Shown: positions 37,204 through 47,169, numbered from the stretch's first letter. The stretch: 64,000 nucleotides of DNA from Bacteroidia bacterium (GCA_039931675.1 JBDTRM010000046.1:310-64309); one strand, 5' to 3'. Program-made: numbers and translations. Notes: a model not told the origin generated them from the letters alone.

Positions 37204-37237
37204 AAATTTGACAACTTTCAAAAAAGTTGTCAAATTT
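37204..37237 (-). terminator. perfect 15-bp stem-loop AAATTTGACAACTTT-caaa-AAAGTTGTCAAATTT
   Basis: 10 nt downstream of the stop of 37247..37798; related to the palindrome at 10792-10824. Confidence 0.6.
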
Positions 37238-37246
37238 CTTGTCGCA

Positions 37247-37798
37247 TTAATTGACATACACAAAGCGACTAAATAATTGAAAGTCTATTCCCAAAGTTAA
37301 ATAAGTCTGATTCGAAAATGTTTCCGTTGTTTTTATCGGCACCAAAACTCCGAGGAATAAATATTTATTTGAATTCACTGTATAACCAATGTGTAAGTCA
37401 GCAAATTGGTTTAGTTCATTTTTTCCAAAAAAAACATCATAAAAAAAACCGATTTTAAGTTTTACTTGTGTTCGGGGAAGAATTTTAAAGATATCTCCGA
37501 TTTTTAGTTTAAGGAGGTTTTCCTGATTTAAATTGGCATACCCAATGGAAAAATTAATATCGTTATCATAAACTCTTTTACAATTGCTTGTTCGGGTATA
37601 TAGCCAGTATCTGAAAGTTAGATTAGCATTATAAACAAAAGGACTTGGGAACATAAATTCTGGTCCGACATACAAAGACGGTCCAAAATCAGCAAAATAA
37701 CACGTCTTTTTAACTGAATCAACAGGTACTATGTCTTGAGCGAAAAGATTTTGCGATAGAAAAAAAAATAGAATAAGCATTCTACCTGTTTTCGTCAT
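37247..37798 (-). CDS. hypothetical secreted protein (possibly small beta-barrel)
   Basis: Signal peptide LSQNLFAQD; alternating hydrophobic pattern; C-terminal aromatic-rich end. Confidence 0.5.
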   Translation of the reverse strand: MTKTGRMLILFFFLSQNLFAQDIVPVDSVKKTCYFADFGPSLYVGPEFMFPSPFVYNANLTFRYWLYTRTSNCKRVYDNDINFSIGYANLNQENLLKLKIGDIFKILPRTQVKLKIGFFYDVFFGKNELNQFADLHIGYTVNSNKYLFLGVLVPIKTTETFSNQTYLTLGIDFQLFSRFVYVN

Positions 37799-37914
37799 TC
37801 CCTGAAAAATTGAATCAACATATTAATATCCATATATCTTTTTATTCATGATTTGTCCCTTGTTTAGCTTTACCTGATACTTCAGTCACAGGAAATAGGA
37901 ATTGTTCAGTTCCA

Positions 37915-38466
37915 CTAATTAAATAATACAATGAGTAATAAAATCACAGCTATAACAATCAATGTCACCTTAATTTCAAAACCGAAAAAAGGCTTAATAT
38001 CTGTATATGGGGCTGTTACCAAACCTAAATCTTTTGTGATTTTATCCACTGCTTTAGCGTCTTTACTTTTGAAGAAATAGGTTTGGGTAGGATAGGTGTC
38101 AAGCTGAACGCCAACATTTTTATCTTCACGGTAAAACTCAATATTCCTGCGCGAAAGCAACGCTTCAAATTTTGGTATATCTGCAATCCTCACTTGAAAT
38201 GAGTTGTCCTGATTTTTAAACTCAACTACATTTTTATAGTATGCTGCTTTCTCTTTAACTTCCTGTTCATAGAATTTTTCTTCCTCTGTTTCTTTCTGAT
38301 CTCTTTCTTCCAGCTTTTTATTAAGATCATCTGTCCATTTTCTTTCCGCAATAATCTGCTTTGCTGCAATTACTGCATCGGGTTGATAGTCGTCAGGTGA
38401 CAGAACAATTTTAAACAGTTCGTCTTTGTTGAAACTTTTATAGGTGTCGTAAAACTTTGTTGTCAT
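37915..38466 (-). CDS. hypothetical tail-anchored protein
   Basis: 183 aa with a C-terminal TM helix; its ATG overlaps the stop of the element-encoded uORF (ATGA). Confidence 0.55.
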   Translation of the reverse strand: MTTKFYDTYKSFNKDELFKIVLSPDDYQPDAVIAAKQIIAERKWTDDLNKKLEERDQKETEEEKFYEQEVKEKAAYYKNVVEFKNQDNSFQVRIADIPKFEALLSRRNIEFYREDKNVGVQLDTYPTQTYFFKSKDAKAVDKITKDLGLVTAPYTDIKPFFGFEIKVTLIVIAVILLLIVLFN

Positions 38467-38515
38467 AAAATACCTTCATAATTCATTTTAAAAATATTTG
38501 GTTCGCGAAAAGTAA
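38467..38515 (-). repeat. array-2 element copy c (distal end diverged)
   Basis: + strand aaaataccttcataattcattttaaaaatatttggttcgcgaaaagtaatc. Confidence 0.8.
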
Positions 38516-38529
38516 TCATATCAATTTTT

Positions 38530-39042
38530 TTAAACTTTGTTCAATGCGGAGAGAAATTGTTTAGCATCATGAACTATTTTGTCTTTATACAAGTCAACTT
38601 TTTTTAATTTCTCTTTGAGCATTTGGCTATCCCATTGATGGTATTCTGATGGTATTGGCAAATCGTCCAATTCACTTTCGTAACCGATACCAAGTTTAAC
38701 CGGAATAAAACTTTCTCCTGTATCAAAATAAAGTTCGCGAAGTTTACGTGTTGCTTCAACTAAATCAATTTTTTGTTCGATAATGTCTGTCAGGAGTTTT
38801 TTTGCTCTCCAAATATTAAACTCATCATTGTCAATGTATGGTTTTATTTTCTCTTTAATTTTTGAAAAACTGCCCCTTTGATTGTAGTCAAAAGAGATTA
38901 GGTCAAAATGTAGTTCGGCTTGTAAATCTGTTTCAAGAATATCTGAGTATTTATAAACCCATTGTTCAAAATCTTTGACAGATAAATCAAGGTTAAGGAG
39001 TTGAAAAAATATCTGCTTCGTAGTTTCGGTTAATTTGTTCAT
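38530..39042 (-). CDS. hypothetical 170-aa cytoplasmic protein, paralog A
   Basis: Near-identical to 42311..42823 over about 350 nt. Confidence 0.6.
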   Translation of the reverse strand: MNKLTETTKQIFFQLLNLDLSVKDFEQWVYKYSDILETDLQAELHFDLISFDYNQRGSFSKIKEKIKPYIDNDEFNIWRAKKLLTDIIEQKIDLVEATRKLRELYFDTGESFIPVKLGIGYESELDDLPIPSEYHQWDSQMLKEKLKKVDLYKDKIVHDAKQFLSALNKV

Positions 39043-39054
39043 TTAAAATTGATG

Positions 39055-39354
39055 TTAATCTCTCTTATGCCCGCAAGCAGCACAAAATGAAGCTTGGGGT
39101 GTTCGATATGGCTTGCCACAGTTTTCACAAGGCGGTCCGTATATAGAAATACGATGATGCATAATCGCATTTGGCTCCGTTTCTTCAAATCCCGTTATCT
39201 CAAAATAATAATCAAGTATTTTTTTAAATCGTTCTTGTCTATTATGCTTTAAGTTTTTAAATTCCTCAGAATAATAAAGACGAGCTTGTTCATATTCAGC
39301 TTCATCAAGCATCGGAATTTCCATTTTACATCGCCAGCACCAAAGAGCCTTCAT
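39055..39354 (-). CDS. small zinc-ribbon protein
   Basis: CWRC ... CENC ... CAAC cysteine pairs. Confidence 0.5.
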   Translation of the reverse strand: MKALWCWRCKMEIPMLDEAEYEQARLYYSEEFKNLKHNRQERFKKILDYYFEITGFEETEPNAIMHHRISIYGPPCENCGKPYRTPQASFCAACGHKRD

Positions 39355-39411
39355 TTATTTATTAATTTTATTTATTCAACTTGAGTATGGATAATTGCAA
39401 AAAGTAAAATT

Positions 39412-40065
39412 TTATTTAAGGGGCAATATTAACCGTTTGCCATTTGTGAAATTAACTACTATTTCAATTTCTTTTACTTCTGTCATTCCAATAGTATCAT
39501 CTTGAAATTCTTTTGGCAGAGAAATCATTTTAATTGCCTTATTGTTTTCTGAAAAAAGGTTTCTCTCTTTTTTTAAATTAAAAGCTCCTTTTGCGAATAA
39601 CTTTGTTTTATCCGAAGCAATCTTATAAATAAAAATATCTCTATTAGATTCTGCTGAACGTTCCATTCGATAACTATCCATTTTCATTTGACCATTTATC
39701 AATTCGCATATTGTTATTTCACCATCATTAGGACTTGAACATACAACTAAATAAATCGAATTACTGTCATTGTAAAAAAATTTCGGAACGTATTTATGAG
39801 GTGAACGGCAATCAAATTGATAACCAAGAATTGTATCCTTCCCTTGAATACTTACCTCCACGGTATAAAAACTGTCAACAACTATATATTTCACAAAAGT
39901 TCCTTCAGAAATTATAGTGTCCCATTTATACATGCATTGATAAATGCTGCTATCCCTTTCCTTTGCTTTTGCTGCTATATCATCATGCGATTTCTTCTCA
40001 ACGTTAGAACAACCTGAATACAAAAAAGCAAGAAATAAAATTCTTAATGAATAAACACGGAACAT
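39412..40065 (-). CDS. hypothetical lipoprotein
   Basis: Lipobox FLYSGC after MFRVYSLRILFLA. Confidence 0.5.
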   Translation of the reverse strand: MFRVYSLRILFLAFLYSGCSNVEKKSHDDIAAKAKERDSSIYQCMYKWDTIISEGTFVKYIVVDSFYTVEVSIQGKDTILGYQFDCRSPHKYVPKFFYNDSNSIYLVVCSSPNDGEITICELINGQMKMDSYRMERSAESNRDIFIYKIASDKTKLFAKGAFNLKKERNLFSENNKAIKMISLPKEFQDDTIGMTEVKEIEIVVNFTNGKRLILPLK

Positions 40066-40124
40066 AGAACCATTTTTCAATTCGATTCAAAAGTCATAAG
40101 TTAAATAAAAACATTCAAGTCTGA

Positions 40125-40586
40125 TTAATTTTTGACAGAATCGCATAATGATCTATTAAAAAGTACTATCTTATATAAATCTGGTGAATAATCTTCCTCT
40201 CTGTCAGGCTTTATTATTTTATTATTCCGATAAATATAAATCGAGTTAATATTTTCAAGTAGTAACGAATCTATATTATAACGTTCCACAAAGTATTTGT
40301 TGTTATGGAGAGGATTTTCTATTTGAAAAAAAACACTAATTGAATCTTCGAAATGGAAACATGCTCCGGAAATTATATCCATATCAAGAACCAAAGGTTT
40401 TATACAGTAATATTTAAACGGGATGTTATTTAATATGGAGTCACAGCGTCTATTTAAATTATCTGCAATATTAAAATCGTTAACAAAATAATTTTCAATT
40501 TTGGAAAACTTCAAAACCTTATTTTTTTGACCTGATGCGGATGCCAGGCAAAATGTAACAAGAGAAAGAAAAATAATATATTTCAT
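40125..40586 (-). CDS. hypothetical secreted protein
   Basis: Signal peptide MKYIIFLSLVTFCLASASG. Confidence 0.5.
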   Translation of the reverse strand: MKYIIFLSLVTFCLASASGQKNKVLKFSKIENYFVNDFNIADNLNRRCDSILNNIPFKYYCIKPLVLDMDIISGACFHFEDSISVFFQIENPLHNNKYFVERYNIDSLLLENINSIYIYRNNKIIKPDREEDYSPDLYKIVLFNRSLCDSVKN

Positions 40587-40637
40587 TTCGTTACTTCTTA
40601 AAATTCAATTCTCTTTATTATTGAAAAGTTAACTTGA

Positions 40638-40961
40638 TTAAAATTGCTCAAACTTTCTCAATTTAATTTTCCATTGTTTTTCTTTTTTAATGACATAAAC
40701 ACAAGCATTGTAGGAATACCAAACTATAACGACTGCATATTTCTTTTTTACTATTAAAGGATAACTGCACGAAACAAGTTCCCTAGGACGTTCTGTTTCT
40801 TCTGATAGCGTTGCTAATCGAAATGGAATATTTAAACGACAGTTTTCTAAGTTAATTTGATAAGATGTATTTGGCACAATGTCTTTAAACTTAAAATATT
40901 TTTTCATGTCTTTATATTCCAATTCAAAAAGTGTTTTTGTAACTTTAAACTGAGGTCGCAA
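40638..40961 (-). CDS. hypothetical protein
   Basis: 107-codon ORF, co-directional, non-overlapping. Confidence 0.4.
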   Translation of the reverse strand: MRPQFKVTKTLFELEYKDMKKYFKFKDIVPNTSYQINLENCRLNIPFRLATLSEETERPRELVSCSYPLIVKKKYAVVIVWYSYNACVYVIKKEKQWKIKLRKFEQF

Positions 40962-41099
40962 TTGTGTCTTGATTTTTAGACATACTTCAAATCCATATTT
41001 CCATTTGGTTTACCGGATTAAAACCCACCTTTAAAAATTTCTCTTCTAAATATAATTTTCATCCCTTATGTGCGTGAAGGTATTTCATAGTGCTTGTAT

Positions 41100-41735
41100 T
41101 TATCTTTTTATTGCGCGTTCGTTATTTAATTCGATTCGTAAATATCTTAATGTTTTATCCGTTGAACATTCATAGTCGTAACCGAATATTGTCACTTGAT
41201 TGTCCACGGTATTAACGCTGTCTATTGAATAGTTGTCTGGAATAAATTCTTCGTTTGTAATTATATATCCTTTGTCTGTGTCTATTATTATTGCTTTATG
41301 TGGTTGCCAGCAGTGTCCATTTGCATACGGTGGAGTGAGCCAATAGGTAATTACTGCGTCTGCATATTTATTATTGTTGAAGTCTGCAGTGAAAATTGTA
41401 TCGTAGGCAACGCTTAGTTTATTGTTGTCTGCTTCGGTCATTTTACCAAGGTCAGGTAAGTTGTCCGAATTATAACAGCCCTTCTTTTTAAAATGTTCAT
41501 ATAAGATTTTCTTAGCCAAACCATGAGTCAAGTTCAAACCATTATATTTTGAAACATTAAATTTCGAAACAGTAATTGTCGTGTCCAACTTTTGATATGT
41601 CATTGCAGCCAAATCATTATTGTTAGATGCTTTTGCATCGGCTAAATTGTCTTTGTTAGCTTGTTTAATTCTATTGTTACAAGAAGCAAGAAGCAAAAAG
41701 GTCAAGATTAAAGTATTTAATATCTGTCTTTTCAT
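41100..41735 (-). CDS. hypothetical lipoprotein
   Basis: Lipobox LLLASC after MKRQILNTLILTF. Confidence 0.5.
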   Translation of the reverse strand: MKRQILNTLILTFLLLASCNNRIKQANKDNLADAKASNNNDLAAMTYQKLDTTITVSKFNVSKYNGLNLTHGLAKKILYEHFKKKGCYNSDNLPDLGKMTEADNNKLSVAYDTIFTADFNNNKYADAVITYWLTPPYANGHCWQPHKAIIIDTDKGYIITNEEFIPDNYSIDSVNTVDNQVTIFGYDYECSTDKTLRYLRIELNNERAIKR

Positions 41736-41754
41736 AATGACGTACAACATTTTA

Positions 41755-42294
41755 TTACCTGCCGTTTTTCATTTCTTTTCTCCAGGTTTCCAGGTTAATT
41801 ATTGTATCATTTACGGTGTCGTAATATTTTATTTCAAAATTATCAGGATAAACAAAAAAGTTAAAGTGCGAAACAAAGTTTGTTCCGTTGTCCTCTCCGG
41901 CTTTCACCCAATAATATTTTTCGCCTGTTTCATTTGGTGTCTGGTAAATCCAAACTCTTAAATGTCGCGCTCCTTTCGTATGCCTTTCAATATAATTTGC
42001 TCGTTCTTTTACTTCGGGGAGAGCCAAGATAATTTCATATATTTTTTTCTCGTTTTTATCAGATTCAATTATTGAATCTGTTTTCAGGGTATCGCTTAGA
42101 TTTATATTTTTATTTATTCCACTGTAGGTCTTTGATAATACCTGTGTTGAATCACGTTTGGCTTCACTCACTTGTTGAATGTCTGATTTTTTATTTTGTC
42201 CGCATGAAATAAACAATATTGAAAAAATGATAGACAAGAATCTCATTCGTTCAATACTCAGAACAATTCTTTTAAAAAGTTTGTTTATCTGCAT
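41755..42294 (-). CDS. hypothetical lipoprotein
   Basis: Lipobox ILFISC; start trimmed to remove overlap with 42311..42823. Confidence 0.5.
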   Translation of the reverse strand: MQINKLFKRIVLSIERMRFLSIIFSILFISCGQNKKSDIQQVSEAKRDSTQVLSKTYSGINKNINLSDTLKTDSIIESDKNEKKIYEIILALPEVKERANYIERHTKGARHLRVWIYQTPNETGEKYYWVKAGEDNGTNFVSHFNFFVYPDNFEIKYYDTVNDTIINLETWRKEMKNGR

Positions 42295-42310
42295 GTTATG
42301 CCGTTTTTTT

Positions 42311-42823
42311 TTATTCTTTGTCCAATGTAGCAAGAAATTGTTTTGCATCTCGAATCAGTTTGTCTTTATACAGGTCAACCTTTTTTAATTTCTCTTTCAG
42401 CATTCTGCTGTCCCATTGATGATATTCTGAAGGTATTGGTAAATCATCCAATTCACTTTCGTAACCGATACCAAGTTTAACCGGAATAAAACTTTCTCCA
42501 GTATCAAAATAAAGTTCGCGAAGTTTACGTGTTGCTTCAACTAAATCAATTTTTTGTTCGATAATGTCTGTCAGGAGTTTTTTTGCTCTCCAAATATTAA
42601 ACTCATCATTGTCAATGTATGGTTTTATTTTCTCTTTAATTTTTGAAAAACTGCCCCTTTGATTGTAGTCAAAAGAGATTAGGTCAAAATGTAGTTCGGC
42701 TTGTAAATCTGTTTCAAGAATATCTGAGTATTTATAAACCCATTGTTCAAAATCTTTGACAGATAAATCAAGGTTAAGGAGTTGAAAAAATATCTGCTTC
42801 GTTATGTGACTCAAGTTGCTCAT
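42311..42823 (-). CDS. hypothetical 170-aa cytoplasmic protein, paralog B
   Basis: Duplicate of 38530..39042; first gene after element copy d. Confidence 0.6.
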   Translation of the reverse strand: MSNLSHITKQIFFQLLNLDLSVKDFEQWVYKYSDILETDLQAELHFDLISFDYNQRGSFSKIKEKIKPYIDNDEFNIWRAKKLLTDIIEQKIDLVEATRKLRELYFDTGESFIPVKLGIGYESELDDLPIPSEYHQWDSRMLKEKLKKVDLYKDKLIRDAKQFLATLDKE

Positions 42824-42851
42824 TTAAATTGCATCTGCAATATTTTACTTC

Positions 42852-42892
42852 CATTTTAAAAATATTTGGTTTGTGAAAAGTAGGGAATAAAT
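42852..42892 (-). repeat. array-2 element copy d
   Basis: + strand cattttaaaaatatttggtttgtgaaaagtagggaataaat; its distal end touches the stop codon of 42892..43314. Confidence 0.9.
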
Positions 42893-43314
42893 TAACCAGA
42901 ATTTCGAATCACATCTGCTAAATGAGATATATCTGCAATGGCATCGTCAATAATTTTCTTATATACTTCTTCTGTTAATTCTTTAATGTAATATTTCTCA
43001 TTGTAAAAATTACTATCCAAAATATACATTTCAAAAAGTGTTGGAATAATGATATAATTTTTTGTGGCTTCTTTTGTGACCATATCCCATTTTAAATTTC
43101 CTCTAAATGTCTTGATATTTCCTCTTAATTTATAATAAATAGGATTTCCCTTTTCAATGTTCTTAAATCTAAATCTAAGACATGGTGGACGAGCATACAC
43201 ATCATTAACTGCAAACATGGAAACCTTAGCTGTTTCAACTTCCTGTACGCTTTGCAAAGCTTCAAAGATTTCAGAATTAACTTTATCACTTACCAATTTC
43301 ATTTGCAATTCCAT
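42892..43314 (-). CDS. hypothetical cytoplasmic protein
   Basis: 140 aa; its ATG is the second ATG of the element consensus (ATGGAATTGCAA). Confidence 0.5.
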   Translation of the reverse strand: MELQMKLVSDKVNSEIFEALQSVQEVETAKVSMFAVNDVYARPPCLRFRFKNIEKGNPIYYKLRGNIKTFRGNLKWDMVTKEATKNYIIIPTLFEMYILDSNFYNEKYYIKELTEEVYKKIIDDAIADISHLADVIRNSG

Positions 43315-43360
43315 TTTCGTTTTTAAAATATTTGGTTTGCGAAAACCAAGGTAATAAACG
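43301..43360 (-). repeat. array-2 element copy e
   Basis: + strand catttgcaattccattttcgtttttaaaatatttggtttgcgaaaaccaaggtaataaac. Confidence 0.85.
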
Positions 43361-43377
43361 ACTTACTGAAATCCCTA

Positions 43378-45459
43378 TTATTTTGAATGACTATTATAAT
43401 CATCTATGTAACAGAATATGTCGTAAATCTCTCCATCACTTAAATTTTGTGCCGGCTGCTGCATCTTATTAAATTCTTCAAAAATTCTAACAGCATCTTT
43501 ATCCCCGCTTTTAATTAATGCCGAAGAATTTCTTGTCCATTTTATAATCCAATCCATAGAATATTTTTTAGTTGCGTCAGCCAGGCCTGGCCCTATTACT
43601 TGTTCTTTACCCTGACTGTGGCAAGACCGGCAATTGGAGTTGAAAAGATTTCTTGCTGGCAAAAGATCGTTGCGACATGGATTGGCAATGTGCCAAAGAC
43701 GAGCTAAGAATTTTATTTCTTCTCCATATTCCTTTAGCCATTGTTCTTCTTTATAAAACTTATCCATGAACTCAAGGTCTTTGCTTATCTTATTTTCCTT
43801 CGCATATTTTTCATAAGGCGTTATTGCTTCTTTTACTTTGTCTAAGGTTGATGTTGATAAAGACAAAGTAAATCTTGGTTCTGAACCTGTTATAAATTCT
43901 TTAACGGCTAATGAAGGCGTTTCTCCTTTATAACCAATGGCAATGGCAACTGCAGGTTTTTGCTTAGGCATCAGCATTTCTTTATCCTCATCATTGCCTG
44001 CATAAAATTCCAGGTTGTCGCTGGTGTTGAGCCTGTATAAACTTTTAATTGAAGTGTAAACAACATAAGTATAAACCCTGTCAAACTGTTTTCCATTTTC
44101 AACTGTGATTTCAAGAGGTTGCTTGCTCCAAACTTTAGGAAGTGTTCCGTTGTCAATGTTTATCCAGCCTGTTTCGGTCCATTCAAAACTGTAAGCTTCC
44201 ATCCTGTATTTTTCTCTTTTCCAAAGAAGCTTTTTATAATCATCAGCAACCTTGTCAAATGCTTCGTTTTTTTTATTCAATGCTTTCCTTACCTTATCAC
44301 TGTTTTTTTCTAACTCTGCTTTTACTTTTGAAAGTTGTTTTTCATAATATCCTTTCAGCAATGCTGAATATTTATTCGCTTCTTTAACATTGGTCAGTCG
44401 TTGCTGAGAGAATTGGTAAAAGTCATCAGCGCATTTGTCTCCATGCATCAGCTTTGCAGCCATGCTGTCGAGCTCATATAAATTTTTATTAAGATTGTTG
44501 ATGTAAGTTTCAAGTACTGCTTTGTTGCATGTTTTAAAAATCACTTTTAACCGCGCCTCAAACTCTCTTGTTGCAATAAGTGTGTTTTGATATTTTTCTG
44601 ATTTGATAACTTTAATTACCGCAGGGTCAATTCCATGTGGGTCAATTGAACCGGTAGTATCACATATCGCAGTATCTGATTTTATAACTACAAAAGATTC
44701 TTTCGTGTATTTTCCGTTCACAATCTTTTTGTTCTTGTTATAATATGGTTCGTTATAGTTGGTAGCTTGTTGTTGCTTTGCTTGTATTTGTGACACTGCA
44801 AGGCTATAATATAAACTGTCTGTTAACTCCTCTGTTGCAATCTTATGATTTTTAAAAGGCATTCCCTTGTCAACTTCATTCTGAAAACCTTCAGGAAGAA
44901 AGTCAAGCAAATTAATATCAACCGGAACAAGAAAATTATCTAACTCCTTTGGTTCCATCCAATTCATATTTCCTTTTTCATCTCTTACGCCTTTGTAAGC
45001 CATCATCCCCGGCTTTTTCTCATTTGTCGGAATTTCAATGTGTATTGGAATGTCTTTGTTGATTGACAGTTGCGCTCCGTTTGCAGTGGCATTAAAATAA
45101 ATCATTCCATCAGTTTCAAGCTGCTTTCCATTTGATGTAGTTGTAAGATTTGATAAAATCATTTGGTCAAGCGTAAGCGCTTCCGATAATTCTACTTTCA
45201 CATTCTCTTCCACAATTTCTCCTTTTGAATTTTTGAAACAGCCTTTCGGAAAAACTAAAACAGTTCCATTGTTTCCTTCAACTACATTGTCTTTTTTCGC
45301 GTCAATATCAAAAGACTCGCTCGGAACAATCGTGTTTTTGAAAGGGTCGTTAGGTTGAAGCTTAACGGTATCAGTCAAACTTGTTTTGTTGTTATTGCAA
45401 TTTGTAAGTATTAGCATTAAAAATATTGTTAAAATCGCATGTGTGATTTGTTTTGTCAT
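43378..45459 (-). CDS. large lipoprotein with C-terminal class I cytochrome c domain
   Basis: Lipobox LILTNC; C-terminal CRSCH haem motif followed by ...FNKMQQPAQNLSDGEIYDIFCYI. Confidence 0.65.
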   Translation of the reverse strand: MTKQITHAILTIFLMLILTNCNNNKTSLTDTVKLQPNDPFKNTIVPSESFDIDAKKDNVVEGNNGTVLVFPKGCFKNSKGEIVEENVKVELSEALTLDQMILSNLTTTSNGKQLETDGMIYFNATANGAQLSINKDIPIHIEIPTNEKKPGMMAYKGVRDEKGNMNWMEPKELDNFLVPVDINLLDFLPEGFQNEVDKGMPFKNHKIATEELTDSLYYSLAVSQIQAKQQQATNYNEPYYNKNKKIVNGKYTKESFVVIKSDTAICDTTGSIDPHGIDPAVIKVIKSEKYQNTLIATREFEARLKVIFKTCNKAVLETYINNLNKNLYELDSMAAKLMHGDKCADDFYQFSQQRLTNVKEANKYSALLKGYYEKQLSKVKAELEKNSDKVRKALNKKNEAFDKVADDYKKLLWKREKYRMEAYSFEWTETGWINIDNGTLPKVWSKQPLEITVENGKQFDRVYTYVVYTSIKSLYRLNTSDNLEFYAGNDEDKEMLMPKQKPAVAIAIGYKGETPSLAVKEFITGSEPRFTLSLSTSTLDKVKEAITPYEKYAKENKISKDLEFMDKFYKEEQWLKEYGEEIKFLARLWHIANPCRNDLLPARNLFNSNCRSCHSQGKEQVIGPGLADATKKYSMDWIIKWTRNSSALIKSGDKDAVRIFEEFNKMQQPAQNLSDGEIYDIFCYIDDYNSHSK

Positions 45460-45500
45460 GATGTTGTTTTAAAGTGTTTGATTCATACTAAAACGATTCC

Positions 45501-45555
45501 CTGATTGCAATATCATATTTCATTTTAAAAATATTTGGTTTGTGAAAAGTAAAAC
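45501..45555 (-). repeat. array-2 element copy f (encodes separate uORF MKYDIAIRESF)
   Basis: + strand ctgattgcaatatcatatttcattttaaaaatatttggtttgtgaaaagtaaaac. Confidence 0.85.
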
Positions 45556-45598
45556 TATGAATAAGAAGATGAATAAATTATTTACACTTCAATACATA

Positions 45599-47065
45599 TT
45601 ATTTACATTTTAAAGCGGCCTTCCATTTTCTTATATCATTTTTATAATCATCAAGCGAAAGATATGTCATACCTGCTGTTCCCAGGTTAACGCTGGATGG
45701 AATTTTTGTAATCCTACACATATCCGTTACAATTGAGTCTATAAAAAAACCATAATCTTTATGGTTCGCAAGTATGTCAAGTTTTTCGCAGGGTGACATA
45801 TTTTTGTATTTGTTCCATGATACATTTTCTCTATCAAAAAACATGTTATTAGTTTTATCAATAACATATTGATAACTGTTATAACCCGTTTCCAGGTTAA
45901 AGTAAAGAAATCCATATTTCTTTGAAAAAAGAAACTCAGAAATATAATATGACCCGTGACTTAACTCACCATAATCTGAGAAACTTACAAAATTGATATA
46001 ATCATCCAAAAATTTCTCTTTCAATACATAAGATACCATTATGCCGAATGGGTTATTTTTATAAAACAAACTATTCATTTTAATAGTGGGACCGATATCA
46101 TTCACTAAATAATATTGATACTTTTTTTTAAACATAAGAGACTCATAAATCACTGCGTTCCTTTTAACAATTAAAAAGTCGTCAGGTTGCGAAAAATATG
46201 AATGATCGTTTATTAAAACCTTGCACCTGAATCGCCCTGTTTCAAATTTATTTTCCTTTGATAAAATAATTTTCAAAGGAACATTTTGCCCGTCTTCATA
46301 GTATTTAGAAATTAATCTATAGTTGGTGGTATCACTCATTAGACACAAATCATTCTTTAATTTTGTTTCAGGCTCTTTGAGTAAAATCAAATGATTTAAT
46401 GTGTCAATAACCTGGGATATTGGCAATTCAGTATTTGCCCGTTTTGTTGGGTTTTTATAAGAAGTACTATAAGTCAAATCAGGGTTTTTAAAATATTTTC
46501 TCTTTTTTAATTCCTCCAACAGCCATTTATTTAGAATGGTTGAATGTGATTTTAATGTATCAATTATTGATGGCAGATGTTTTTCAATTGCTTTTTGCTC
46601 GTCCTCATATAGGTAAGTAATTTTATCACAGGCATAAACATGTACTTCAAAAATCCGATTTTTACTTTTAATAAATAAAACAGAAAATGGCAGCCAACTG
46701 CCACCCATATCGTATGAACATTCAATACAATGTTGACCATTTGAATGAACAAAACGAGGATTAAACACTAAAGTATCTGAGGCTGGGTTAAGGTAGCGTA
46801 ACATATTATTACTCTCCCAATAAGCGGTGTCATGTTGATTAATCGTATCAAAAGATAAATCCATTGAAGGAACATAGACATTTACCTGGCTTCTGTTTTC
46901 TAAAGCTTTACAGTATGAATTATAATGCAAAAGGTAGAGTTGCCACTTGATTTCATTTTTATAGGGAAGCAAGGTATCTACCGGAATATTCGGTCTATCA
47001 TTTTTGGTTAATGGCGCATTGCATGAAAACAGCAATACAATGACAACTACAATTCCATATTTCAT
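45599..47065 (-). CDS. hypothetical lipoprotein
   Basis: MKYGIVVVIVLLFSC: the element-encoded MKYGI is fused in frame to the lipoprotein signal peptide. Confidence 0.55.
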   Translation of the reverse strand: MKYGIVVVIVLLFSCNAPLTKNDRPNIPVDTLLPYKNEIKWQLYLLHYNSYCKALENRSQVNVYVPSMDLSFDTINQHDTAYWESNNMLRYLNPASDTLVFNPRFVHSNGQHCIECSYDMGGSWLPFSVLFIKSKNRIFEVHVYACDKITYLYEDEQKAIEKHLPSIIDTLKSHSTILNKWLLEELKKRKYFKNPDLTYSTSYKNPTKRANTELPISQVIDTLNHLILLKEPETKLKNDLCLMSDTTNYRLISKYYEDGQNVPLKIILSKENKFETGRFRCKVLINDHSYFSQPDDFLIVKRNAVIYESLMFKKKYQYYLVNDIGPTIKMNSLFYKNNPFGIMVSYVLKEKFLDDYINFVSFSDYGELSHGSYYISEFLFSKKYGFLYFNLETGYNSYQYVIDKTNNMFFDRENVSWNKYKNMSPCEKLDILANHKDYGFFIDSIVTDMCRITKIPSSVNLGTAGMTYLSLDDYKNDIRKWKAALKCK

Positions 47066-47103
47066 TTTTAAAATATTTGGTTTGCGAAAAGTAGGTAATA
47101 AAT
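47051..47103 (-). repeat. array-2 element copy g
   Basis: + strand aattccatatttcatttttaaaatatttggtttgcgaaaagtaggtaataaat. Confidence 0.9.
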
Positions 47104-47169
47104 AATCTGCAATATTGCGCTATAATTTAAAGTGAGCTATTATTCGGTTATCTATTCAAAAAGTCGAAT

